Below are positions 40,051 to 50,369 of a stretch of DNA of 64,000 nucleotides, piece by piece. Position 1 is the stretch's first letter; each line of letters starts with the position of its first letter. Origin of the DNA: Bythopirellula sp. (GTDB taxonomy: Bacteria; Planctomycetota; Planctomycetia; Pirellulales; Lacipirellulaceae); contig OZ244170.1 in the NCBI GenBank assembly GCA_965216565.1, forward strand, positions 2,400,001-2,464,000. Reading direction: 5' to 3'. The position numbers were made by a program, and so were the translations under genes. The notes under the pieces were generated by a model that saw nothing but the letters and a program-made list of their open reading frames with translations, searched no databases and was not told the DNA's origin.

Positions 40051-43000
40051 TTACTTACTTAGTGCTTCATCTAGGTTCATTAGTTGATTGCAAACCATGG
40101 TCCACGTGGCCAGCTCAACTTCTTCGAGCGTCTTGTCGTACTCGGAATCACCTACACCCAACAAAGCAACCGCATCGTTCGGATTCGACCGATAGTGCTG
40201 GCGGAACTCCCGACAATTGGCAAGGATTATGTCTGTCTCGACATCACTTATGGGACGACAAAGAACCCGCTCCGATACGCTACGTGCCAAGTTGGCCTCG
40301 TCGCCTTGTTGTGATTGCATTGCTTCTTCTGCTAACTTCCTTGCAGCTTCTACGAATTGAACGTCATTCAGTGTGACGAGAGCTTGGAGTGGGGTGTTGG
40401 TGCGTTCCCGGCGTACTGTGCACACCTCTCGGCTAGGAGCATTCAATGCCTCCAAACTAGGAGGCGGGGCCATCCGCTTCCAAAAGTTGTAAACAGATCG
40501 ACGATAAAGGTTTTCTCCAGAGTCCACCAAATAGTCTCGCGTATTCCCCCCCGGCAGGCCCACGATGTCCCAAATCCCAACCGGTTGATAAGGATGGGTC
40601 CCAGGGCCAAACATTTTTCTTGAGAGTAAACCACTCGTTGCAAGTGCATAGTCTCGCACCATCTCGGCGTCCATGCGGAACCGCGGACCACGCGAAAGCA
40701 AATAATTACCACGATCTACTTCTCGCTTGTCGGGCGTGACAATTGCTGCCTGCCTATAAGTCGCACTCATGAAGATCGACTTAAACAATTTCTTCACATC
40801 CCAGCCACTTTCACGGAAATCAACCGCCAGCCAATCGAGCAACGCCGGGTGCGTCGGAGGGGAACCCATCACGCCAAAATCCTCGGGGGTTGCGACAAAC
40901 CCAAGACCAAAGACTTCCTGCCAGAAACGGTTCACCGTAACTCGAGTCGTTAGCGGATTGGCAGGATCGATAACCCACTTTGCAAGTCCGAGCCGATTGG
41001 GTGGCGCATCATTTGGCAAAGCATGTAATGCTGCGGGAGTGGCAGCCGTGACTTCTTCCCCAGGTGCATCGTAAGCACCACGCATCAGCATATGCGCTTT
41101 AGCTGGAGAATCAGCGTTCTCTTGTTGAATGTGCGTGATCGGGCTTCGTGTGCGAATAGCGTCAATCTCGTGAGCCAAATTGGCCTTTGCTGCACTAACT
41201 CGCTGATATTCGTCGTCGTAATTTTTGAGATAGTGAACTCGGAGACTTTCTAGCTGCTCCTTCGTTCGCTCCCCCGGTTTGGCAGCTAATATAGATTTCA
41301 AACTCGATAGCTCAGCCAGATACTTAATTTCGTAGTCCTTCAACTCGCGATTGTAGATCCGGACATCTTGAACCGACCCACCCTCAAACGCCGCACCTTG
41401 GGCTCGACGTCCAACTCGCAACTCTGTTGAATTGCGAATCGTGGCACCCGGCTTGAGAGTGTCTCGTTCAATATTCACCGCCACCCGCCGACCGTTGACA
41501 TAGATCCTGATGCCACTTGCCTCAGCTGAGCCATCGTACGTCACAAACAAATGTTGCCATCGCTTGGGACTATAAGTCGGCTTCTGCGTAGAGACCTTGA
41601 TGGCATTATTGGGCCATGTATCAATGAGATGCACCGCGTGGAATATGGATTGCTGCCACAGATCCCAGCCCCGGTGTTTATGTTTTTCGTCCATTCGCGA
41701 AATGATTGCAGAGCCAAACTCTCCTTGTACCGTTCGAACCCAAGCGCCATAGCTAAAGGGTTGATCGAGATCAAAATCTCCTTGATCGCCAAGTTCGAAA
41801 TAGGCATCCTTTGCTAGAATCGGAGATGAGCCGGAATATCCTTCCTCGAGCCAATCAATCGATCCAACGGCTGTAAATTTAGTGTCCGATCCAACCGTGG
41901 CCCGCACCTCGTTGCCTTGGCCCTCGTCGAGCGGGATATGAAATGCAAGGCTCTCTGTGGGCAGACTAGCAACCAGCTGTTCCGGGCTGGCTGTTGCAAG
42001 CCATTCTTCAAACTTCGGCTCCGCTTCTTTAGTTCGGAGCATAATTTTGTCATTAACCTCAGCCAACTCTTCCTCAAGAATATCCAACCGTGCTCGGTCC
42101 TCGTCTGATGGCACTACCAGGATGGGGCCTTTGCCATCCTTGAGATTTCCATCGTGGCTCTGCTGCGTCGTATTTCGGAAGAAGGCAGCGAGGGAATAGT
42201 AATCCTTCATTGATATAGGATCAAACTTATGGTCATGACACTGGCAACAGTTCGTCGTCAGGCCAAGAAACACCCAACCAAATGTCTGCACTCGATCCGA
42301 CGCATAGTTAGCCAGATTCTCCTCCTTTATCGTGCCCCCTTCATTGGTCGTGATGTTGCATCGCTGAAATCCGGTAGCGATCAGTTGCTCGTCGGTGGGG
42401 TCGTCGAGCAAATCACCCGCAAGTTGCTCGACAGTGAATTCGTCAAACGGTTGATTCTTATTGAATGCCTTAATCACCCAATCCCGATAGACCCACATTT
42501 CGCGGTAATTGTCAAAGTGCATTCCATGGGTATCGCCGTAACGTGCCGCGTCGAGCCAATACCTGCCTCGATGCTCACCCCAAGCCGACGACTGCATCAA
42601 CTTATCGATCCACTGAGACATCGCCTCTTCGCTGTCTCGATGGTACTGATCGACAAAATTTTCAACGTTCTCCAGGCTAGGAGGCAAACCGGTAATATCC
42701 AAATGGAGCCGACGAAAAAGCACATGTGGATCCGCCTCGGGGGCAGGCTTCAGACCGAATTCTTCTAGCTTGGCAAGCGTGAAGTGATCGATCTCATTCT
42801 TGGGCCACTCTCGATCGTTGACTACGGGCAGTTTCGATTGCACAGGCGCAATCAATGCCCAATGCGGTTGATACTCCGCTCCATTGGTCACCCAGTCTCT
42901 AAGAAGTTTCTTCTCCTCCGTAGTGAGTGACTTCTTCGACTCCGGCGGTGGCATCACCAGATCTGGATCATTGGAGAAAACGCGAGCAACGACTTCACTG

Positions 43001-43227
43001 GAATTCGGATCACCTGGAACAATAGCCCACTCATAAGCGTTTTCAGCAACGTCGAGTCGCAGGTCGGCTTCGCGCGAAGATGCGTCTGCTCCATGACAGG
43101 CAAAGCAGTTTTCGGCTAGTATCGGTCTCACATCCCTGTTGAAGTCCGGCACTTCCGCAGAGGCTATGCCGCCAGTGAGAACGAGGAGTAAACTCAAAGC
43201 GGTCGAAATATAGACAATGCATTTCAC
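40051..43227 (-). CDS. Planctomycete cytochrome c / DUF1549 / DUF1553 protein with inserted LamG domain
   Basis: FNRDVRPIL..NCFACHG, WLDAARYGDT, CCQCHDHKFDP, LamG-like WQHLFVTYDG...IYVNG...DVRIYNREL, VNRFWQ, PTHPALLDWLA, TNTPLQAL. Confidence 0.92.
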   Translation of the reverse strand: MKCIVYISTALSLLLVLTGGIASAEVPDFNRDVRPILAENCFACHGADASSREADLRLDVAENAYEWAIVPGDPNSSEVVARVFSNDPDLVMPPPESKKSLTTEEKKLLRDWVTNGAEYQPHWALIAPVQSKLPVVNDREWPKNEIDHFTLAKLEEFGLKPAPEADPHVLFRRLHLDITGLPPSLENVENFVDQYHRDSEEAMSQWIDKLMQSSAWGEHRGRYWLDAARYGDTHGMHFDNYREMWVYRDWVIKAFNKNQPFDEFTVEQLAGDLLDDPTDEQLIATGFQRCNITTNEGGTIKEENLANYASDRVQTFGWVFLGLTTNCCQCHDHKFDPISMKDYYSLAAFFRNTTQQSHDGNLKDGKGPILVVPSDEDRARLDILEEELAEVNDKIMLRTKEAEPKFEEWLATASPEQLVASLPTESLAFHIPLDEGQGNEVRATVGSDTKFTAVGSIDWLEEGYSGSSPILAKDAYFELGDQGDFDLDQPFSYGAWVRTVQGEFGSAIISRMDEKHKHRGWDLWQQSIFHAVHLIDTWPNNAIKVSTQKPTYSPKRWQHLFVTYDGSAEASGIRIYVNGRRVAVNIERDTLKPGATIRNSTELRVGRRAQGAAFEGGSVQDVRIYNRELKDYEIKYLAELSSLKSILAAKPGERTKEQLESLRVHYLKNYDDEYQRVSAAKANLAHEIDAIRTRSPITHIQQENADSPAKAHMLMRGAYDAPGEEVTAATPAALHALPNDAPPNRLGLAKWVIDPANPLTTRVTVNRFWQEVFGLGFVATPEDFGVMGSPPTHPALLDWLAVDFRESGWDVKKLFKSIFMSATYRQAAIVTPDKREVDRGNYLLSRGPRFRMDAEMVRDYALATSGLLSRKMFGPGTHPYQPVGIWDIVGLPGGNTRDYLVDSGENLYRRSVYNFWKRMAPPPSLEALNAPSREVCTVRRERTNTPLQALVTLNDVQFVEAARKLAEEAMQSQQGDEANLARSVSERVLCRPISDVETDIILANCREFRQHYRSNPNDAVALLGVGDSEYDKTLEEVELATWTMVCNQLMNLDEALSK

Positions 43228-43791
43228 GTCAGCTTGTATTTCCTCATTATTCTGTAGACATTCCCAAGCCTACGATTGCACTAACAGAGATTTTCTATCT
43301 CAAGTCCTGAGCATCAATAAGACAAAATCGCCGCCCAAATTATAGAATAATCTGTTCCATGTCGGTGGTGACAGTAGTTAGATCTATGGTGCGTACTTAG
43401 TTGCTTTTGACTAAACATTTCTTGTCTCTGAATGTTGATCTTGGTCAGTACCTCCATTGCAGTCAGAATCCGACGAGAGCTAGGGGCGGGAGACAAACTC
43501 AGGGCGTAACTTGTTTTCTGACAGCAAGTTGCAACACAACTCCGCTAGAATTCCATGCTCACAATTACGGAGAGCCGCAAGTGCAATCTTGGCACCATAA
43601 ACATTACTCCGGAACGTTCCCAGAATCTCACTGCAATAGTCGCAATATTGACGAAACAGACGTTACAGATTGATTAGGACAATATCCATCTGCACCGAAT
43701 ACCCCACAAAGCTCATCGACTTTTAGGCGGAGGAATGCATGCTCACCTCACAATGAAGGTGGCAAGGACTAGGGACTTCAGTTTTCGCATG

Positions 43792-46659
43792 TTAATTACG
43801 GACGCGCGAATACTGAGTCATTCTTCGGAATGGCCAGATACCGAAAGCTGAAAGAGTAATCAACAAGGATGCCGGCTCCGGAACCTGTGCAATCGCACTC
43901 AACGTTGCGGTAAAGCCATTCTGTTGTTGCCAAACTAGAAAGTCCAACCCATCAACTCTGCCATCGCCATTGGCATCGCCATCTGAATGATCGGCCGACA
44001 GCGCACCGTAACTCGACTGCCACTGCGCGAGATCGATTTCGTTGACACTACCATCGCCATTGAAATCAGCAGCGAATAGCACATCAAGCGAGACAGCATT
44101 AGCCAAGTAGTTCAAATCCCAGACTAGTCCAGGCGAAAGCGCTGGCAAGAGCGTGGTGTCGAATGTACCTGAAAGGGAGGCTCCGGAAAGAAACTCAAAC
44201 TGATCACCTGCAATCGGTTGGAAGGATCCATCGAGACTTACTTCGAGAGCCCCTTGAATCCCAACTGCATCTAGTACGTCGAGTCTGCCAAACTGTCCAA
44301 TCGCGTCCCCAGCGAGCTTGATCACCAATACCCCTGCCTCCGACTGCGTGTAGTCGCCATCGACATCGACAACCCCTGTGCTTTCAATTTGCAAAGTGCC
44401 TGCCGTGATAATTCCGTCTCCTAGAGTAAGTTGTCCGACAGGACTCACCGCCGAATCGACGGTAATGATGCCACCATTTTCAATGAATACAGATGTCGCG
44501 GAGGTGTCGTTTTTTGGAGTCGCTACAGCAACCGTATAGGAAGCCCAATCGAGTCCTGTGTCGTCATTGACCTGTACATTCACGCTTCCAGACTGCATGT
44601 CTTCGAGAAAACTACCCATATCGATCACTCCGACAAACGTATCGGTCGCATTGATCTCGGTATCCCACCCCAGGTCGGAAAAAAACAACCGATGCTGAGC
44701 GTCGAAGTCGAACAGTCGCACGAAATCGGTGTTGATTAACCCGCCACTCTGCTTGATGGCAAGTGCAAGGAAGCCATGCACCACCTGCTCGCCTGCATCG
44801 AGTGTGTGCTGGATGGTGAAGGTCACGTTTTGGTTGTCAGACAAACTATCCAGTCCCGCAATCGGATGGGAAGAAGAGCCGAGGACTGCCGCCTGCCAAT
44901 TCGGATCGATGAATACATCGTCGATGCTCGCTACTCCGTCATACGTGTAATCGTCGATGTCGCCCACTAAATAATCTCGTAAAGAGACAGTATACGAATC
45001 AACGGGAGCCACTCGAGCGTCCCACTGCTGGGCATCTGTCCAATTGCCGCTACCTGAAAGTGAACGAAACACGGTGATGTCCTGGGCATCACTCGCCTGG
45101 GCGTCGTAAAGACTCGTTGTTCCACCAGCGGTCACTGGTGTGCCATGAGAATCGTAGTTTCCTGACGGCTGAGGACCGAATGTCGTATCCTCGACGATGG
45201 TCCCAGTAGAACCAATAAGCCAATTTTGTGCCGTTGGAGGATTCTGAATGCGAAAACTATCGGCTGTGGAATTCCAAACGACCATGTTCGCACCCGACCA
45301 TCCGTGGGCGGTTCCAAAGCTCCCCCGGTTTCTTGCATTGATGGCATTTCCTTGAACGGTAATGTTGTCGAATAACGTGCCCGTTGCCCATCGTTGGTGA
45401 GGACCGCTATCTGAATTGGCGTTGGTTGCCGTCGATTGGTGAAACACGTTGGGGCCGGGCGGCCTGGTGCTGTTGTTCACAAAATCGTGACGCCCTTCGT
45501 CGGCTTGTGCGTTGGTCACAAATCCCAACTCGCCGCTGAGGTCGTAACTATAGCGACGCGATCCGGTAATTTGGCTGATTGGTGTTTCGCTAATTGCGTC
45601 GTCGACCGTCACCCATTTCGTCCCGGGGTTGGCAACGACCGCCGAGTCACCAAAGTGTGCCGCCGTAATATCCCGAACCCAAACGTTTTGGGCACGATCG
45701 GCGTTCTGGCTACCACCAATCGAGATAAACTCCCAAGCATGATCCTCGTCTGTAGCCGAAGTGAAATCTGTATCTCCGCGAAGATTTTCGATACCTACGT
45801 TTTCGATGGCACCACTCCACGTGTAGCGTCGAATAGTCCCGCCGCCATACTGCTGCTCGAACGAATTGGCCAGCGGTGCATCGACGAAGACGCGATCTCC
45901 CTCAATTCGAGTGATCACACGATCGTACCGCACATTCATGGTTCCCGGTTTCCAGTTCGGGTCGTTGTTGGGGGGATCATCCATTCCTACGGCAACGATC
46001 CAATCTTCGGTACTGGGCCGCTCGATTCGGACCGTGTCGCCTACAGAAAACTCGCCAGGCACGTCAACGCGAAAGCTTCGTGCGCCCGCAGGGACGACCT
46101 TGTCGATCATGTTGCGAGTCGAACCCACGTTGGATCGACCGCCGTTGCCATAGACCCTAATTAAAGGCCTTTGGTTAGGGTTCGTGCCACCAGATAAGGG
46201 ATTACGTCCATGAATAACAGTCCCACCGCCATCGCGTCCCTCGCCGCGTAACACGACGCCACTAGCTCGGATTTCTAGCTGGCTATCGATGTCATACGTA
46301 CCTGCCTGCAGTAGCACCGCCCCGCGATAGCCATCGGGTCCCAACGGCAAAGCGGAGACCTGATCAATCGCCGCCTGGATACTTGATGTGTCGTCACCCG
46401 CAATCGGCGACAGGGTCACGGAGGTCGGCACGTTCGAAGGAATGAGGGAGCTACCACTAGCTCGATACCCCACATTGGAAAAATCGAGGATGTGGTCGCC
46501 CTCGGCATCGGGAACGTAAATTAATCTGCCCGTCACCCCGGTCTTGATCCATTGGCTTTCGACACCAACGCAAATTGAACCACTCATGGTTAACCAACCG
46601 GCGATGATCACGCTTAGCGCCGAGTTCCAGTTACTTCGGATCTGACAGGAGTGAATCAA
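43792..46659 (-). CDS. Surface-anchored parallel beta-helix (pectate-lyase-like) protein with dockerin-like repeats and PEP-CTERM
   Basis: DFSNVGY, GDDT..IQAAID, GVVLRGEG, GRHDF, SGPHQRWATGTLFDN; ADFNGDG/GDANGDG repeats; VPEP tail. Confidence 0.8.
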   Translation of the reverse strand: MIHSCQIRSNWNSALSVIIAGWLTMSGSICVGVESQWIKTGVTGRLIYVPDAEGDHILDFSNVGYRASGSSLIPSNVPTSVTLSPIAGDDTSSIQAAIDQVSALPLGPDGYRGAVLLQAGTYDIDSQLEIRASGVVLRGEGRDGGGTVIHGRNPLSGGTNPNQRPLIRVYGNGGRSNVGSTRNMIDKVVPAGARSFRVDVPGEFSVGDTVRIERPSTEDWIVAVGMDDPPNNDPNWKPGTMNVRYDRVITRIEGDRVFVDAPLANSFEQQYGGGTIRRYTWSGAIENVGIENLRGDTDFTSATDEDHAWEFISIGGSQNADRAQNVWVRDITAAHFGDSAVVANPGTKWVTVDDAISETPISQITGSRRYSYDLSGELGFVTNAQADEGRHDFVNNSTRPPGPNVFHQSTATNANSDSGPHQRWATGTLFDNITVQGNAINARNRGSFGTAHGWSGANMVVWNSTADSFRIQNPPTAQNWLIGSTGTIVEDTTFGPQPSGNYDSHGTPVTAGGTTSLYDAQASDAQDITVFRSLSGSGNWTDAQQWDARVAPVDSYTVSLRDYLVGDIDDYTYDGVASIDDVFIDPNWQAAVLGSSSHPIAGLDSLSDNQNVTFTIQHTLDAGEQVVHGFLALAIKQSGGLINTDFVRLFDFDAQHRLFFSDLGWDTEINATDTFVGVIDMGSFLEDMQSGSVNVQVNDDTGLDWASYTVAVATPKNDTSATSVFIENGGIITVDSAVSPVGQLTLGDGIITAGTLQIESTGVVDVDGDYTQSEAGVLVIKLAGDAIGQFGRLDVLDAVGIQGALEVSLDGSFQPIAGDQFEFLSGASLSGTFDTTLLPALSPGLVWDLNYLANAVSLDVLFAADFNGDGSVNEIDLAQWQSSYGALSADHSDGDANGDGRVDGLDFLVWQQQNGFTATLSAIAQVPEPASLLITLSAFGIWPFRRMTQYSRVRN

Positions 46660-47107
46660 TGGAGTCCTCTGCTACGAGTCGCTGTTACTGGATTTGGTTT
46701 TTGAAGGCTGACGCTTGGAGAAGCAAGATAGTTGTTCGACTAACAGTCTATTCTATCCGCAAAAACCAATCGATATTCCTATGAGGTTCTTACATTCTAG
46801 AATTTCGAAATGGAGGCTTCTCTGCTCAAATCGGGGCTCACATTTATCGGCCAGCTCTCTTGGATTGCATTGGACTTGCATTCGGTTGGCTCAGACTCAA
46901 CCCACCCGGTTGATCACGCCAGAGCGCGAAATTTGAGCAGAACCATCGATACCATCGAGTACGAATTTGACGTAAAGTCGGAACCACATGCCGACTTTCA
47001 GGATACAATCGACCTGTGTAACGATTTAGAATTACCAGAATTCAGTTCTAAAAAAACGACTGCTGACGTCACTTTTCTCCGTAGTTCTTCGAGGCGATCC
47101 CAGTTCG

Positions 47108-48268
47108 ATGTATCACGTCGCCCTGCTAGTTGAGACATCTCGAGAGTACGCTCGCGGGCTTCTTCGAGGAATCGCTCGTTATCATCAGGAGGTCGGCCCT
47201 TGGTCCATCTTCTTCGAGCCGCATGGCTTACACGATCCTCCGCCGGCATGGCTTAAAAGCTGGAAGGGCGACGGAATCCTGGCCCGAATCGATGATCAGC
47301 GGATGTGCGACGCGATATTGGAAACAGGCATTCCGGCGGTCGACCTGCGCGGGGCTCTCCAAGACATTCCCTTGCCGTTTATTGGTGTCGATAATCGCCC
47401 CGTTTCCAAACTGGCATTCGAGCATCTACTAGACTGCGGGCTACGAAATTTTGCATTCTGCGGCACGCCCCAAGGAGAGAATCCGAATCAAGACCTAAGG
47501 CGAGATTACTTCAAGGAACGAGTCGAACAAGCCGGTTACGAGTGCAGCGTGTTTCTCGGCAAAGGTCGAAAGACGCGTTCCCAATCCTGGGAAACACAGC
47601 AACAACACATTGTGGAATGGCTCAAAGAGCTTCCGAAACCGGTCGGAATCATGACCTGCCACGACGATCGAGGGCATGAGGTACTCGATGCCTGTCGACG
47701 GGCGGATTTGGTTGTCCCCGACGAGGTTGCTGTGATTGGCGTGGACAATGACACCTATCTCTGCAATCTGAGTACGCCGCCGCTAAGCAGCATCGACGTC
47801 AATTCTAGCCGTATTGGCTACGAAGCGGCCAAAGTGCTACACCACGCGATGGGCGGGGAAAACACGGCCCCTGGTGCCGAATTATTGGGGCCTCCCCGAG
47901 GCATTGCTGCCCGGCAGTCTACCGACATGCTATCGGTCGAAGACGAAGACGTGGCCTCGGCAATTCGCTATATCCGCGAGCATGCGGTCGAGGGCATCCA
48001 GGTCCGCGACGTTCTAAAACGGGCCAATCGCTCTCCAAGCACGCTGGAGAGAAGGATAAAAAAGCTACTGGGACGCACCATCAAGGCAGAAATCACGCGA
48101 GTACGGCTCTCCCGAGCCAAACTTCTGCTTTGCGAGACGGAACTACCAATCTCAAAAATCGCCCTCCGCACCGGCTTTAGCGAGCCAAAATACTTCTGCG
48201 ACGTGTTCCGCAAGAACGAAGACATGACAGCTAGTGCCTACCGCAATAAGTTCCGGGATCAGATCTGA
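47108..48268 (+). CDS. XylR-type regulator (periplasmic-binding-protein-like sensor + AraC HTH)
   Basis: VALLVETSREYARGLLRGI, WLKELPKPVGIM..D, VPDEVAVIGVDND, PLSSID, GYEAA, RQSTD, TGFSEPKYF..VFRK. Confidence 0.92.
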   Translation: MYHVALLVETSREYARGLLRGIARYHQEVGPWSIFFEPHGLHDPPPAWLKSWKGDGILARIDDQRMCDAILETGIPAVDLRGALQDIPLPFIGVDNRPVSKLAFEHLLDCGLRNFAFCGTPQGENPNQDLRRDYFKERVEQAGYECSVFLGKGRKTRSQSWETQQQHIVEWLKELPKPVGIMTCHDDRGHEVLDACRRADLVVPDEVAVIGVDNDTYLCNLSTPPLSSIDVNSSRIGYEAAKVLHHAMGGENTAPGAELLGPPRGIAARQSTDMLSVEDEDVASAIRYIREHAVEGIQVRDVLKRANRSPSTLERRIKKLLGRTIKAEITRVRLSRAKLLLCETELPISKIALRTGFSEPKYFCDVFRKNEDMTASAYRNKFRDQI

Positions 48269-48576
48269 GAGAGCATCATCATGCACAAGACCATTGGACC
48301 CCTAGCAGCCTAAACGTTCAACACTCGAAACAATGGACAGTAAAAAACACAAAAGGGGCGTTAAATGCAGAAAAAACGGAATAAATATCCATGTAATTGG
48401 ATTGTTGATTCCGCACTTATTGAGCATTCTAGATACTGCGGAGTGGAGTGCCTCATCTATCCACTCAGACCAATCTGCCAACTTCGGGGTCCACTCGCCC
48501 TCGATCGACAGATGAAGAATCACTTTTCAATGCCTGCAAAATTCTACTCAAATAATCTTTAGAAAGGTGTGTCCTC

Positions 48577-50235
48577 ATGTCCCTGATCCAGACCAAGGAT
48601 AGTCGGAACAAGAAAACCGTTCAAAACCGGGTCGCTTTTAAGCCAAAAAGCCTGATCCTTTCGCTCTTAGTTCTATCACTCGTGTTGCTTGTATCTAGCA
48701 GCAGTTCTTTGGCCGTGGTAATCACCGATGGGTTCGGTGACGCTGATCTCGATAATAATGGGGTTATCAATTTCTACGACACCGATGCAGGTGATAGTTG
48801 GTTCGATGATCCCAATATGGTCAATGACAACTTCACTTACGTTCCTGCTTATTTGCAAGATCCCAATGGCAATGGACCAACTAACCCTGAAGTCACTTCC
48901 GCACTCGACGCTGGTGACGTAGGCATCAAATGGTTCCAAATGCGTGGCTTTACTGGGAATAATGATGGCCGTTCGAAGCCAACAGCACGGATCGTTGACG
49001 ACGCTCAAGGTTCGATGATTGAAACCTCGCCAGTCGATCCAAACACAAACGGATTAGGCAAGGCAGCGATCGATTCGGGTTATGCATTGTCGATGAACTC
49101 GCGCGGTAGAGGCAGCTCTGTTGCTGGGTTCTTTGGAGAGAATGTAGCTCTCGGAACCGAACTGGGAGATTCGATCAAAGTCTCCTTCGATTGGCGTATT
49201 TGGCGCGATGCACCTGCACTCAACGCCTTCCTGCAGCCCATCGACGCCGAACTACGCTTTGGTATTTACCAAGACACCGACAATCAAATAGGTTCAGATA
49301 ATGGCTTGGCCGGACGTTCCGAGGACACCAACGGTGACTTTTTTCTTGATCCAGTCGCAGCAACTTGGGGTGAAGAAGAAGGCTGGTTCGAAGGTGGTCA
49401 AGAGGGTGGATTTGGAGACAGTGTCGCTACCGACGAAGTTGGTTCAATCGGCGACGGAGGCTGGTTCGGAGCTGTTACCATCGTAGACCCCAATGGATCG
49501 TTCCCCCCGACTGCCCTTCCGGAAGGGGGAGGATGGAGAGTCCGCGAGGAATCTAACCTGAATGATCCCAACTTTGGCATTAACGACAAGCGAATCCTAC
49601 AAGGCTCGGCCGACGTCGATACAGTCGCCAATCCAAGTGAAGCGAACCCTGGCACAGGAGACTTTGGGCTAACCAACCTCCTGGTAGATAAGGTTTACAA
49701 CTTATCGCTGGAACTCGTGCGAGCGGAGGATCCAAACGGTGCGGCAGCAATCACGGCGCATTTGTCTGCCTTTGCTAAAGACGATCCGAACACGGTCTTT
49801 ACCCTCTCGGGCACCGAACTGTTTACTCAGACCGACCCAAACGTAGACAACGTGTTGCAGTCTGTAGACACTTTCGACTATTTCGCCATCCGCAATACGG
49901 GTACCGATGATTTCGATATGTTGATCGACAACTTCCGATTGGAAACATTCAGTGCTGGAGCTGACAATGCGGATTTCGACGGTGACGGTTTGGTCACGGG
50001 ACTCGATTTCCTCATTCTCCAACAGAACATCGGCCTCAGTGGTCAAACCGACAACAGCAATGGAGATGCTAACGGAGACGGCGTGGTCGGCAGTGCTGAC
50101 ATTGCAATCTATGAAAGCCAATATGGTGCGGCTCCGCCACTTGGTGCCTCGGTCAGTGCCGTCCCAGAACCCTCAACGCTCCTGCTGTTTTTGCTAGGAC
50201 TGTTTGGGCTTAGACCAGTTCGCTTTCGTCTCTGA
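48577..50235 (+). CDS. PEP-CTERM protein with dockerin-like repeats
   Basis: Signal peptide; ADFDGDG.V.GLDFL and GDANGDG repeats; VPEPST tail. Confidence 0.85.
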   Translation: MSLIQTKDSRNKKTVQNRVAFKPKSLILSLLVLSLVLLVSSSSSLAVVITDGFGDADLDNNGVINFYDTDAGDSWFDDPNMVNDNFTYVPAYLQDPNGNGPTNPEVTSALDAGDVGIKWFQMRGFTGNNDGRSKPTARIVDDAQGSMIETSPVDPNTNGLGKAAIDSGYALSMNSRGRGSSVAGFFGENVALGTELGDSIKVSFDWRIWRDAPALNAFLQPIDAELRFGIYQDTDNQIGSDNGLAGRSEDTNGDFFLDPVAATWGEEEGWFEGGQEGGFGDSVATDEVGSIGDGGWFGAVTIVDPNGSFPPTALPEGGGWRVREESNLNDPNFGINDKRILQGSADVDTVANPSEANPGTGDFGLTNLLVDKVYNLSLELVRAEDPNGAAAITAHLSAFAKDDPNTVFTLSGTELFTQTDPNVDNVLQSVDTFDYFAIRNTGTDDFDMLIDNFRLETFSAGADNADFDGDGLVTGLDFLILQQNIGLSGQTDNSNGDANGDGVVGSADIAIYESQYGAAPPLGASVSAVPEPSTLLLFLLGLFGLRPVRFRL

Positions 50236-50369
50236 TAGTTTAGCAGTTATCCAGAGGCGCTATTAAGTTTGTATTTTTGTTTAACAGGAAGAAGCAATTG
50301 TAGTTATTCAAATTTTCTTGTTCACAACGTGTGTTGTTGTGGACGCCTTTTCCTTGGGAGGTAGATCTA

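Noticed and set aside
43609..43622. Palindrome GGAACGTTCC resembling a LacI-family operator
   Set aside because: Single occurrence noticed and no LacI-HTH regulator in the window; a 10-bp palindrome can arise by chance.
48338..48385. AAAAAAC repeats (also near 38401 and 47050) as XylR/AraC binding sites
   Set aside because: Low complexity and inconsistent spacing; cannot be separated from AT-rich promoter background by eye.
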